A DNA stretch of 64,000 nt from Octopus sinensis (Eukaryota), in NCBI RefSeq assembly GCF_006345805.1, contig NC_043016.1:29140001-29204000 (forward strand), given 5' to 3'. The translations under genes and the position numbers were made by a program. The notes under the pieces were generated by a model. That model searched no databases, was not told the origin of the DNA, and saw only the letters and a program-made list of their open reading frames with translations. This document shows positions 39,030 through 50,859 of the stretch, piece by piece; position 1 is the stretch's first letter; each line of letters begins with the position of its first letter.

Positions 39030-39759
39030 CTTTTTCTTTTTCTTTCTTTACTTTGTCTTCGGACTGATGGTCACTAGAACACTCTAGGGTCGAAGTGCTG
39101 CTAGCAACAGATTTAGTGGAATCTCGTCTAGTCTTCAAATTATTTGTCACTTTGTTAGTTGCTTTTAAAGATATTTTCTGTTTGGTAGACGTACTTGCAG
39201 TGGCAGAAAACAGTTTGCTTTTTACTTTACTATAGTCAGGCTGAGGAATATGTGTAACTTTGGGTATTTCTTTCACAGGTTTCGGTTCCTTAATGACCGT
39301 TGGCTTTTGTTGCACATACGATCCAATTGTACTTTTCACATCAGATTTGGTTTTCAGCTTTATGCTTTCTTTGTTATTTTCTATTTTATTCATGATTTTA
39401 TCCCATTTGCTCTTAGGTCTTTCCCTTTTTATTCTTGGTGCCTCAGGTACTGCAGCTGGTTTTGGTGAATCAGCTTTTCGTTCAGCAGATCTACTTAACA
39501 AGTCCCTTGTCCGAGTTGCTTTCACTTTATTTGCTGCATTTTTGGTAGATTTTTCTGTGGAACTGGCCCTTCTTTCCACTCTATTTTCTGCTATTTTATT
39601 CACCTCTTTGGTAGCAGAAACTTTTACACTGCTCTCACACTCAACGTCAATTTTTTCCACAGTCTCAGCTTCCTTGCCATTTTCTGATAGATTAAGTTCC
39701 TTTTCTTTGTTCTCTGGAATAATATCATCTTCATTACGTTGGCACTCTTCAATTTTAAC
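39030..39759 (-). CDS. Large internal coding exon (730 nt, phase 0 to 1) of an unnamed K/E/S-rich, probably microtubule-associated protein: VKIEECQRNEDDII...KSKWDKIMNKIENNK...KSDVKSTIGS...PQPDYSKVKSKL...KVKKEKEK
   Basis: Longest natural-looking ORF (track 38920..39660, extending in frame to 39759). Acceptor ttcatctacAG at 39761-39760, donor G|GTATGA at 39029. Phases match the flanking exons. Confidence 0.88.
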
Positions 39760-39873
39760 CTGTAGATGAATTCAGTAGTAATTATACAGTGATACAGATA
39801 GAGATTAGGAGAGAAAATATAGTAATAATAATTGTAATTAAAAAATTTTACTATAACAATAATAGTAACAAAT

Positions 39874-40276
39874 AGGTGCAGGAGTAGCTGTGTGGTAAAT
39901 AGCTTGCTTACCAACCACATGGTTTCGGGTTCAGTCCTACTACGTGGCACCTTGGGCAAGTATCTTCTACTATAGCCTCAGGCTGACTAAACCCTTGTGA
40001 GTTGATTTGGTAGACGGAAACTGAAAGCAGCCCGTCATGTATATATATATGTGTGTGTATATGCTTGTGTGTCTGTATTTGTCCCCTCCAACATCACTTG
40101 ACAACTGATGCTAGTGTGTTTATGTCCCCTATAACTTAGCAGTTTGGCTAAAGAGACCGACAGAATAAGTACTAGGCTTACAAAGAATAAGTCCCGGGGT
40201 CGATTTGCTCAACTAAAGGCAGTGCTCCAGCATGGCCACAGTCAAATGACTGAAACAAGTAAAAAAGTAAGAGTAA
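39874..40276 (+). mobile_element. SINE family A (tRNA-like head with A/B boxes, CORE-like ccttgggcaag, TA/CA microsatellite, gtaaaaga tail), full copy
   Basis: Head aggtgcaggagtagctgtgtggt...ggttcagtcc. Other plus copies at about 1-270, 1045-1385, 6723-6890, 10125-10530 and 15830-16305. Confidence 0.85.
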
Positions 40277-40721
40277 CCCATCCATCTTCTCCATCCAATA
40301 TTCCAAGGGTGGCGGTGAGTGGGTTATGGGTGAAAGTCCTCAAGCACTTCCTCCTTAGATCTTCATCAGAAGCAACTACCATTACACTTTCTGAGTGGAT
40401 TCCCAAGCACAATCAGCTAGGGTTATGGATACTATCCAACCATCTCAGTTTTTGACCTACCCCTAGATTTTCAGCTGGATAGCTCAGCTTGAAGAATCCC
40501 TCTTGCAGTTTTTTCCTGCAACAAACAAATCACATTTCTATAGTACCAGGAATGTGACCTCTTAATGAGTAGAAATAGTAATTATTAAAAAAAAAAAAAC
40601 AAACCATTTTTGGTTTCATTAAAAGACAAGAAGAAAAGGAGCTAAGTAGTTAAGATTAATTAACTTAGCAGAACCCATTCCTGTCTAATAAATATTATCA
40701 CCAGTTTTACATGTGTTTTCT

Positions 40722-40955
40722 TATTTCTTTATTGCCCACAAGGGGCTAAACATAGAGGGGACAAACAAGGACAGATGAAGGGATTAAGTTGATTACATAG
40801 AACCCAGTACATAACTGGTACTTAATTTTTCGACCCTGAAAGGATGAAAGGCAAAGTTGACTTCGGCGGAATTTGAACTCAGAGTGTAATGGCAGATGAA
40901 ATACTGCTAAGCATTTTGCCCGGTGCGCTAACGTCTCTGCCAGCTCACCGCCATT
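40722..40955 (-). mobile_element. SINE family B (tRNA-like head plus Meta-domain-like core) with an 18-bp TSD
   Basis: TSD gttttacatgtgttttct at 40704-40721 and 40956-40973. Core gtcgactttgcctttcatcctttcggggtcga...agtaccag resembles the MetaSINE domain. Other copies at about 7718-8130(+), 30410-30740(+), 35285-35515(-), 46330-46575(-) and 51080-51300(-). Confidence 0.85.
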
Positions 40956-41321
40956 GTTTTACATGTGTTTTCTATGGTGGTTAAGTGTTAGACAGGACAC
41001 CAAAGTTGAAGGCAGTATCCAAAGTATTTTGGAACTACTGCCACCAAAATGGATTGGAAGATCACGTATTGCTTGTGAGTTTCATTTTTGCTTTAGTATC
41101 TTTGGCTGGATGCCCCCTTCCCCTGACACCAACTGCTTGTACTGCATGCACTTTCTCATGGCACCAGCAACCTCCTCCATACTTCTACATGTTTAGTTGG
41201 CATTCTGCCCACCCAGGTGACTCATTATTGATATTCTCTACACTTTCCTACATCCAACCATGTCCACAAATATAGATACTCTCTCACACACACTCATCAT
41301 CACTATCATCATCCATTAACA

Positions 41322-41599
41322 CAGTGGTTCCCAAATATTTTCAGTTCTAAGACCATATTCCCAGTGCCCCCCCCCCCTTCAACATCACAGACAATTTTCT
41401 GTAACAAATTCAAAACAACAGTATTTCACAAATAAATCTTAACTAATTAACCCTTGATTTTGTTTTTTGTTTTCTTACATCCATTACCCTGTTTTGGTTA
41501 CCTCTTATCACCCCATTTTTCTTCAATGCCCCCCCCCCCACGTATCTTTCCATGGCCCTAGAGGGGAGGGAGCAGTACTGCCCGCTTTGGGAACCACTG
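41322..41599. mobile_element. hAT (Charlie-like) MITE
   Basis: TIRs CAGTGGTTCCCAAA / TTTGGGAACCACTG; 8-bp TSD cattaaca/ctttaaca (7/8 match). Confidence 0.85.
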
Positions 41600-42171
41600 C
41601 TTTAACATCTGTTTTCCATGCTGGCATGGGTTGGATGGTTTGGCAAGAACTGCACCAGGTTTTAGTTTGATTTGACCTCTTTAACACCAACTACTTTACA
41701 GTGTGCTGGTTGTATTTCATTTGGTACCAGCACAGGTGTTTTTTATGTGGTACCAGCTCGGGTGCTTTTTTCTGTGGAGTTCTTGCAGGCCAATCCTCTT
41801 CAGCAGAGGGAGTGACATTAACACTTCTGTGGAGGATGGGTCATCTTGAGTATGTACACATTTATATATATATAGAAAGAGAGGGGGGGAGAGAGAGAGA
41901 CTATTGACAATCCAATAATTTATTTATATTATAATATTACATGATATACTATGAAAATAACATAACGTAATATAATATAACAGAAAAATATTTTTTTAAA
42001 CCATAAAAGGCCAGCAATATGTTTTGACATATTTTTTTTGATATACATACAGTTCCTTTATATACAAAGTCACTTCAGGGTCATGGTTATAGACGAAATT
42101 CCATGTGAAAGGACAGCTAGATTGGATGTTCAAAACACCCCTTTGAAGGATTTTTTTTCCTCAGTTTGTTC

Positions 42172-42203
<32 letters not shown>

Positions 42204-42205
<2 letters not shown>

Positions 42206-42320
42206 TAGCGAAGAACCACCTTTTATCAATTCAACATGTAATAACAATGATATAATTAAATTATACCATATAGAAAAAAAAAATCATTGTTGAATTGATA
42301 AAAGGTGGTTCTTCTCTAAT
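42204..42320. repeat. 33-bp inverted repeat between TA tracts
   Basis: 42204-42236 versus 42288-42320, 1 mismatch. Confidence 0.88.
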
Positions 42321-42426
42321 ATATATACATATATTATATATTGTGAAATTTGATTTAGTATTACTACTTTGAATTTTTCCCTGTAAGTTTGGAATAATTT
42401 CCCTAATATTATTATATATATATTAT

Positions 42427-42461
<35 letters not shown>

Positions 42462-42494
42462 CCACACCATATAATATATATACACATATATATA

Positions 42495-42943
42495 TACAAA
42501 TAAGAAAATGGAGGAACAAATTCATTTCAATCATCGACTTACAGATGTATATATATATATATATATATAATATATATTATATATATATTCTTGTGTATGT
42601 GTATTTTGTTTCATATTTATATTTGCATTTTTATAATTGTACTTTATAATCTCTGACGAGGCCTTGAGATATATATATCAGTAACTCATTTTAATGCATA
42701 TTACCTCAATACATCTGACTAATATAGGCAGAATGAGATACCTTTATCTACAGGCTGAAACAGCTGTAAGATCCATTTTATGTGTATTATTCTTATGGTA
42801 TTATTATCTTACATATTGATGTATACTGTTTTGTTTTGTTGGATTTGGATGTTCCTATTTATCTAGTTAATAAATAATAAGAATTGGTAATATCTGAAAG
42901 TCAATGATTGAAATGAATCTGTTCCTCCATTTTCTTATTTGTA
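42495..42943. repeat. 52-bp inverted repeat pair enclosing the hammerhead motif
   Basis: 42495-42546 versus 42892-42943, 3 mismatches. Confidence 0.88.
42649..42772 (+). ncRNA. Minimal type I hammerhead ribozyme motif (Penelope-type) with an enlarged stem II loop
   Basis: ATCT-CTGACGA-GGCCT...AGGCT-GAAA-C-AGCT-G-TA-AGAT: both core strands, stems I and II, palindromic stem III and a GUA triplet. Confidence 0.6.
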
Positions 42944-43118
42944 TTATGAATTTGAGGTAAAATATTTTACCTTCGCCCATCTAATACAATAAATGAATTA
43001 ATTGCATTGCAATTATAAGCATTTATGTATTTGGCATTTGGGTGCTTCACCAGCAGTATATTGGATAACTGATATCCCATAGTGGGTTACACTCATAATC
43101 CCTATCTCACTTTGTGTG

Positions 43119-43152
<34 letters not shown>

Positions 43153-43214
43153 ATATATATATATATATAATATGGTTTGGTGTGTGTGTGTGTGTGTGTA
43201 TATTCTCTTTTTTT

Positions 43215-43604
43215 TTTTTTTTAACTTGCTTCAGTCATTTGACTGCGGCCATGCTGGAGCACCGCCTAATCGAGCAACTCAACCCCGGGACTTATTCTTT
43301 GTAAGCCCAGTACTTATTCTATCGATCTCTTTTTGCTGAACCGCTAAGTGACGGGGACATAAACAACACCAGCATCGGTTGTCAAGCAATGCTAGGGGGA
43401 CAAACACAGACACACACATATATATATATATACATATATCCGACAGGCTTCTTTCAGTTTCCATCTACCAAATCCACTCACAAGGCATTGGTCGGCTCGG
43501 GGCTATAGCAGAAGACACTTGCCCAAGATGCCACGCAGTGGGACTGAACCCAGAACCATGTAGTTGGTAAGCAAGCTACTTACCACACAGCCACTCCTGC
43601 GCCT
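43215..43604 (-). mobile_element. SINE family A, full copy, reverse
   Basis: Reverse complement of 39874-40276. Other minus copies at about 7000-7310, 9780-10100, 11990-12556, 26770-27090, 27510-27740, 34860-35280, 35525-35700, 47205-47552, 56050-56338 and 60015-60352. Confidence 0.85.
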
Positions 43605-44299
43605 ATATATATTTATTCCAACATGAATTGTAAGCAGCTCAAAGTATATAAGCAAAATTGAATACACATGCACAAGGCACACTGGGAATATATTCTCTTA
43701 CACCTAAAACGCAGCCAACCCACAAACTAACAACACTCACACCTCGTGTATGTTTGTTCAATTTTGTTTATATACTTCAAGGTGCCTCTAATTCACATTT
43801 GAAATTTTTCTATAGCATGAAATGTTGGAACATGCCAGCAGATGGTTTTTTTTAACCATTTAGCATTCAGTCATAGTTGGAGGTAGAGCTTGCAGCAGAC
43901 CTTGTTTGGGACATGGCATTGAAAAGTCACAACAATGACGAAACATCAATGTCTGTAGAACAGGTAAATATTTGGGTTTGATATGGCTAGTTTGAATACT
44001 AAAGAGCTAAAGTTTTATTTTCTTTCTTTCTGTCAGTGTTGATTGAAACTCATTAAAAGACAATTATTAATATGAACAACAGACTGAAACATTTCAGCAC
44101 CAAGTTCAAATGTTACAATGGGAAACAAGATTTTGTATTTCTTTTTTATTACTTAATTAATGGAATTGTGGGAAACAACAAGTCCATAGGAATAAGCTTA
44201 TAGACAGAATAAAAACAAGGTGATGCAAGGGATGTGCTATGTGCTGGTACCAGATTAGTCAACTTTTTACATATCCTGAAGTCTAGCTGACCGTTGTGG

Positions 44300-44620
44300 C
44301 ACCACTGATGACCTTGTGACCAGATCTCTCTACCCACCTCTGTTTTCAGCCTCTTGCACTGTATCTCTCATCTTTAGGCCTGTCCACTCACAGATATTTT
44401 CCCATCTCTTTCTCTGTCTGCCACCTTTGATTGTTCCCTGAAGGATTGTTTTGGTTATCACTAATGAGTGGGTGATATTCCCCAACCACCTGAGGTTTGT
44501 GTTTCTTAAACCATGTTAAAAAGTTCCTCATAGAGCCCTATTACCTGCCTTATTCTTCTTTTCACTTCCCCATTTGTGACACAATCTCTGTATGATATTC
44601 ACAAAGTCTCCTGACCAGGG
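44300..44620 (-). mobile_element. RTE LINE 3' coding fragment
   Basis: Minus strand gives SYRDCVTNGEVKRRI, TKTILQGTIKGGRQRKRWE and EWTGLK. Confidence 0.7.
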
Positions 44621-45177
44621 CAAGCTACTAAGTTGGAGGAAGTCAGCTGTGGTCAGGCCCAGAGACAGATGGGCTCCATTGGGTCATATTGCCCTAGCTA
44701 CACTACATGATGATAATCAAAGTTGAACCCATACCGGATTAGTCAAGTATGATGTCCTTAGTACTTCACCAGATGGCACTCAGAATTCAGTTGTTAGTAT
44801 GACTTAAAACTTTGTAAATTTGGATGATTTCATTGTCAGAATTGAGAAACCACATATTTTACCCTGTTCTATGTTCAAACTGACCAGATCAGGCCTCTTA
44901 CACCTACCCTACAATGTCATTCCGAAAAGAATCACATCACTTAAGAAACCACATGAATAAATTTATAAGGAAAGAGGGAAAAAAAATCACAGATCTGTCA
45001 AACCTATGTCTTCAGGGAAACACATATGAATCTGATACAACAAATATCAACGAGAGAAGCGGTGCTGATGCTACCTACAATGTTATTATTGACAGAAGAC
45101 ACAACAGTGGAAGGATATGAAGATTATGGAGAGAAAAGGCGGTATTATATAGATTCCATGATTAAATTCTTACTCAC

Positions 45178-45232
45178 CAAAGAATCATTTTCATTGGTAC
45201 AAATGTCTTTAGAAGGATCAGACTGAAGAGCA
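45178..45232 (-). CDS. Coding exon (55 nt, phase 2 to 0): ALQSDPSKDICTNENDSL
   Basis: Long polypyrimidine tract plus ttttcAG acceptor and TTG|GTGAGT donor. Phase 0 end joins the 39759 exon. Confidence 0.78.
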
Positions 45233-47416
45233 CTGAAAATACAAAAAAAAAAGGAAAATAATGAAAAAGAAAATTTTTTTATTATTTGTTTAAAAAAAAA
45301 AGAAAATAATGAAAAAGAAAATTTTTTTATTATTTGTTTAAAAAAAAAAAGAAAAGATTTTTAAATAAAAATGTTACTACAATGATTTATAATTTTGGAG
45401 ATTAGCAGAAGATATCTATTCTGCAAAAGAGAAAGCGTAATCAATAAAACCAATATTCGATACATGACTTGTTCACAAATATATTCGCAAGCTTTTAGAT
45501 ATATGAAAAATAAAGCCAAGTCTGGTATGATTTGAACTTCAAATATAAAGGGACATAACTAAATACTGCATGATACGTAGGAATGTTAATTCCTACATCA
45601 TTTAGTTTTTATTTAACCCTTTTATTATCACCTCTGGTACTGTGGTACAAAACTTCATATTTTATAGCATTCATACTGAAATTCAAAACCTTGCACTGTA
45701 ATATTTATGTAAGAAGTCGTCAAGCAGTGGTGGAGGACAGACGGACGGACACACACACACACACACACACACGCACATTAATGTTTGTTTTTATGTTTAG
45801 TTACAATAGAAGTAATTTTATATTATTCTGATGGGTTGCTCTTATACTTCTGTAGAGAACAACGGCAATGGCTTAGATAGCCAAAACTTTGAAGTCACTG
45901 TCAACAACATTCTTCTTTCAGTGTCCATCAACCAAATCTATTCGGAAGGTTCTGGTCACCCAAAGATTATAGTATAAGACACTTGCCCAAGGTGCCATGC
46001 AGAGGGACTGAACCAGAAGCCATGTGGTTAGGATGTAAACTTACTACACAGCCACACTTGCACCTGTGATATTTAACTTTTTAATACAATTTATACACCT
46101 TGTTTTGTCAAGTACCATCCTCAATATTTTTGTCAAGACTTGGTGGTTAATAAAAAGAACATCACCAGTAGTAGTTAGTAGTGACAGTAACCAGCTTTGC
46201 CTTTCATCCCTCCACCACCAGAGGGACTCATAAAACAAAGTACCAGTCAAATACGGGAGTTGATGATATTGACTAATTACCCTTTTCAAAATAATAATAA
46301 TAATGATGATAATAATTATATATATATATATAATATATATTTCTTTATTGCCCACAGGGGGCTAAACATAGAGGGGACAAACAATGACAAGACAAAGGGA
46401 TTAAGTCGATTACATCAACCCCAATGAGTAATTGGTAGTTATTTAATCAACCCCCAAAAGAATGAAATGCAAAGTTGACCTTGATGGAATTTGAACTCAG
46501 AATGTAACGGCAGACAAAATACTGCTAAGCATTTCGCCCGGCATGCTAACGATTCTGCCAGCTCAGCACCCTTGACATACATATATACACACACACACAC
46601 ACATATATACACACACACACATATACGCACACACATACACATTAATAAAATGAGTACCAGGTAAATATTGGTGCCAATGTAAAACAAACTTCAGAAAATG
46701 TGTAAAATGATATTAAATTAGATAAACCAAGAGCTCCTGTTTCATAGTAAAAGAGTTATCTCCCATGCAATCCACCAACCAGCATGTACTTCATTCTTCT
46801 GTCATATTTCTCCCAATTGTAATAAACTCAGCCCTACAGGATGATGCTAGCAATACTACATTCACCCCTAGAGGGTGGCGTTAGCAAAACAACCACCCAT
46901 ATGGGGTGATATTATTAGCAATGGCTATCACAGTGGTATTTTGGGAATCTTTGTTTTGTGTTTTGACAGAAATTTTTAACAGAACAATTACCAATAGACT
47001 TCATTGAATCACAATTAATAACTAAGAATCAGAAGAAAAAAAAAAAACACCTTTGTAACGGAAAGGGAAATGTGATGTAGTTGCTAATGTGGTAGGGTGT
47101 ATGTGATGGGGCTGAATAAAGGGGGGGGGGGAGAACCAAGCAGAGAGACGACAGTGAGGTTATAGTTGATGTTCAGTGAAAATGAGCTTTAAGAGTTGCA
47201 GTTTACTCTTTTACTTGTTTCAGTCATTTGACTGCAGCCATGCTGGAGCACCGCCTTTAGTCGAGCAAATTCACCCCGGGACTTATTCTTTGTAAGCCCA
47301 GTACTTATTCTATCGGTCTCCTTTGCCGAACCGCTAAGTTACGGGGACGTAAACGCACCAGCATCCGTTGTCAAGCAATGCTAGGGGGACAAACACACAC
47401 ACACAAACACACATAC

Positions 47417-47447
<31 letters not shown>

Positions 47448-47699
47448 CATATATACGACAGGCTATAGCAGAAGACACTTGCCCAAGATGCCACGCAGTG
47501 GGACTGAACCTGGAACCATGTGGTTGTTTAGCAAGCTACTTACCACACAACCACTAAGTTTGAAGAGATTTTAATAATTTTTTGCTGAGAAGGTTAGTTG
47601 CTTTAGCTTTTATGTAATGCATAAATTGCACCTATTTCTTTGTCTATTGTACTTGTATCGCTCTTACCCCCCCCACACACACACACAAAAAAAAAATCA

Positions 47700-48050
47700 G
47701 TCTAATAGATGAGTTCCTTACACTGAACTTTCGGTCTCCAGACAAATTTTGGAGGTGAGATAGAGCACATTTTTTTTCTATTCCTGAATGAAACAATGTG
47801 TATTCCTGGTAAGGCTGAAACATAATTTTCAGTATCCAATCAACATTAGAGACATTGGCTCTGTACACAAGCCCTTTCACTAGGTACCTCTCGTCCAAAG
47901 GGTAGTTATCGGTAGATTTGAAGTAACAAAAACTTGCGACTGGGGTGAGGAGTGAGGTCAAAGGTTCTATATTTCTTATCATGACCAAAAAAATATGTGA
48001 TCCAATACTACCTAAGTAACTATAACTTTCACAGTAGTACAACTAAATAT
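47700..48050 (-). mobile_element. Penelope-like element remnant (linker / GIY-YIG start)
   Basis: ORF 47644..48042 contains CYFKSTDNYPLDERYLVKGLVYRANVS, resembling the CNC..CPL.G.CL....VY.A.V motif. Confidence 0.55.
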
Positions 48051-48379
48051 CCCATAGTATCAATGGGCTACTGGGAAACAGTTAACTATCAGAATTGAGA
48101 AGTGTCAAGCTGTATTAGTAGGTATGTTCATACTGAACTATATGATTTTTTTCTACATCTGCAAGTTTTAGTTTGGTTTCACTTCAAACAATAATAATAT
48201 AAGTCACATTTCTTTAGTACACAGTTGCAACATGCACCAGCTTTGTTAAATGTGTTATCTGTAGATAACTTAGAAACAGAACTGTTATCATTACTAGTAA
48301 TGTGTTTCATAATTGAGGGCAAATGGTTGGAGCTTTTGTTTATGTAGTTGGTTTCCTCATTTAGACTGATGCATAATTA

Positions 48380-48580
48380 TAACTGAAATAACTCAGTAAC
48401 AATGTTGGCTAAAGACTGAGTATAACTGAAGTGACTCAGTTGCAATTTTGGACAAAAAGTAACTAATGACTTCAAACCAGCTTTGGGCAAAGATTGAGTG
48501 TGGCTGAAGTGATTAAGTTGCAATTTTGGACAAAGAGTGAGTGTTGCTGAGATGACCAAGTTGTAGATTTTGATAAAGAG
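48380..48580. repeat. Degenerate tandem repeat of about 40 bp (gagt..ggctgaagtgactcagttgcaattttggacaaa)
   Basis: About 4-5 diverged units. Confidence 0.55.
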
Positions 48581-48644
48581 TGCACAAAACCATCAAATGT
48601 GATGCAGGTTTCCAGTTGTTACAAAACTATCTAAACATTAGTCT

Positions 48645-48870
48645 TTTACCACAAGTTGTTGGTTGTCAAAGCACTGCATCCTTCAAAGCTTCCTGAGATT
48701 CGCCAACACTACACCTGTTTTTCTCCTCTCCATACACACGCAAGCATGTATCTGACTCATACACTGTTCACTTCCCAGACATTTGTACATTACTGAATAT
48801 GCTTTATATTCACTTTTGACAAGTTGTAGTGCATCTGAGCACTTTATACAATAATTTCATTATTATTATA
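48645..48870 (+). mobile_element. Related CR1 3' tail copy
   Basis: Aligns by eye to 38240-38460 (cactgcatccttcaaag...ctacacctg...ttgtagtgca...cattattatt). Confidence 0.7.
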
Positions 48871-49170
48871 AGTTTGAGTATGCTAGGGATTTACTTAAGT
48901 ACTTATCTAATAACAAATATATAGTTTTAAAAATATTCAGTAAGATCATGTGCTCAAAACATTAGGAAAACATTCTAGACTGGTCACTTATCACATCTGT
49001 TCAGGCATTATTGAATCAGTTTTTTTTTTAATGTACTTGCATCAGTGTCCACCTGGGATAGGTGAAAATGGTTCCAACAGGTAACGCTACGGTTTCACAA
49101 ACAGAAGATAAATTTGTTTAGGTGAAACTGGTCCCAACAAGTAAAACTGCAGCATTACAAACAGAAGATA

Positions 49171-50411
49171 TTAGGTTAGAAATGTCTTGCGGAATTTTTA
49201 CTTTTGGTTTTAAATGATATATTCTCAAATTAATTTTTATTAAATTACTTTGACTTTATATATCATTTTAAAGCCTGTTTTTCGCTCTATCTAATCGTGT
49301 TACTCTTTTTCTCTTTGAATAATTAAGCCATTTTTTCCAGAAGGTTGAATACAACATGGACAAAAAGCAAATTCACACAATTTTCTTATTCCAGTTCAAG
49401 CTAGGCAGAAAAGCTGCTGAAACAGCTCACGATATCAAGGATGCATTCAGCCCAGGAACCACTAATGGTGGTTCAAAAAATTTCGTAGCGGTGACAAGAG
49501 TCTTGAAGATGATAAGCGTAGTGGTTGGCCATCGGATGTTGACAACAATCAACTAAGAGCCTTAGTCAAAGCTAAACCATGCACAACTGTTCGAGAGCTT
49601 GCTTCTGAATTAGACATAACGTATACAACAATTTCCAACCACTTGAAAGAGACTGGAAAACAAAAATAATTGAGAAATAGGTGCCGGACGAATTGAATGA
49701 CACCCCAAAAAGGCCATTTTTACACAACAAGAATGACCTGTTTCTCGACCAGATTGTGACTTGCAATGAAAAGTGGATTCTTTATGACAACTGGCGATGC
49801 TCAGCTCAGTGGTTGGACGCCGACAAAGCTCTACAGCACTTCCTAAACCCAAAGTTGCACCAAAAGAAGGTCATGGTGACTGTTTGGTGGTCTGCAGCCA
49901 GTCTCATCCATCAGAGCATTTTGGATCCAGGCAAAACCATTACAGCAGAGAAGTACTGTCAGCAAATGGATGAAATGCAAAAGAAACTCCGACAACAACA
50001 GTCAGCATTGGTCAATAGAAAAGGACCAATTCTTCTCCATGACAATGCTCGGCCACACATTGCACAACTGACCCTGCAGAAGTTGAACGAATTGGGCTAC
50101 AAAACTCTGCCTCATCTGCCATACTCACCAGACTGCTCGCCTACTGACTACCACTTTTCCAAGCATCTCAACAACTTTCTGCATGAGAAATGCTTCAAAA
50201 ACCAAAACGATGCCAAACACGCCTTCAACGACTTCATCACCACCAGAATGCAGGATTTTTACGCTACTGGCATAAATAAACTTGTTTCGTGTTGGCAGAA
50301 GTGTGTTGATTCTGATGGTGTTTATTTTAATTAATAAAGTTTTGCTTGAGCTGAGATATGTGCATCTGAATTTAAAGGTTAAAAACTGCAAGAACTTTCT
50401 TGACAACCTAA
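49171..50411 (+). mobile_element. Near full-length mariner transposon (D34D, Hsmar1/SETMAR-like), inactive
   Basis: TA-flanked TIRs (TTAGGTT..AGAAA(T)GT(T)CTTGC.G..TTTT). ORFs 49356.. and 49681..50334 carry TCNEKW, LHDNARPH and YSPDCSPTDYHF, with 34 residues between the last two Asp. First catalytic Asp is Asn and the N-terminus is frameshifted. Confidence 0.93.
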
Positions 50412-50859
50412 TAACTACATCATTGTTTTAAAGTTTGGTATGACTTGAGTTGGACAGCTGGAAGTGTAACTCCTACTGGCTTAAAGTTACTCTATACTAT
50501 ATGTAGAACTTGAAAGCCCCTACAAGAGAAACTCCCTTCTTGTGGCACTAGCATCATTAAAAAGTGTCAAACGTGAAAGTAAAAGTTTGGCATTAAAACT
50601 GTCTATAGTATTAGGGCTAAAAATACAATGGTTACTGATGGAATTGACCTTCTTGCCTGCAAGCATTTTACAGTAAGTCTCTCTACTTCAAAACCTTAGA
50701 TATATCTGATAATACAACTGATATTTAGCAGTTTCGTTGTTTGGTACTGCTTCTATGACTGTTACACATCACATTATCCCAAAATGTGTATTCTTGAAGC
50801 TAGAGATTGACTGTGAAAATCATAGTTCCAAAGAAACTTCAAAGTGAATATGAGCCCTG

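Noticed and set aside
39260-39769. 169-aa hydrophobic plus-strand ORF
   Set aside because: It is the antisense shadow of the K/E-rich exon; the splice signals support the minus strand.
42070-42110. GTC...GAC-GAAA stem, also at 33940-33990 on the minus strand
   Set aside because: No CUGANGA strand upstream, so not called a ribozyme.
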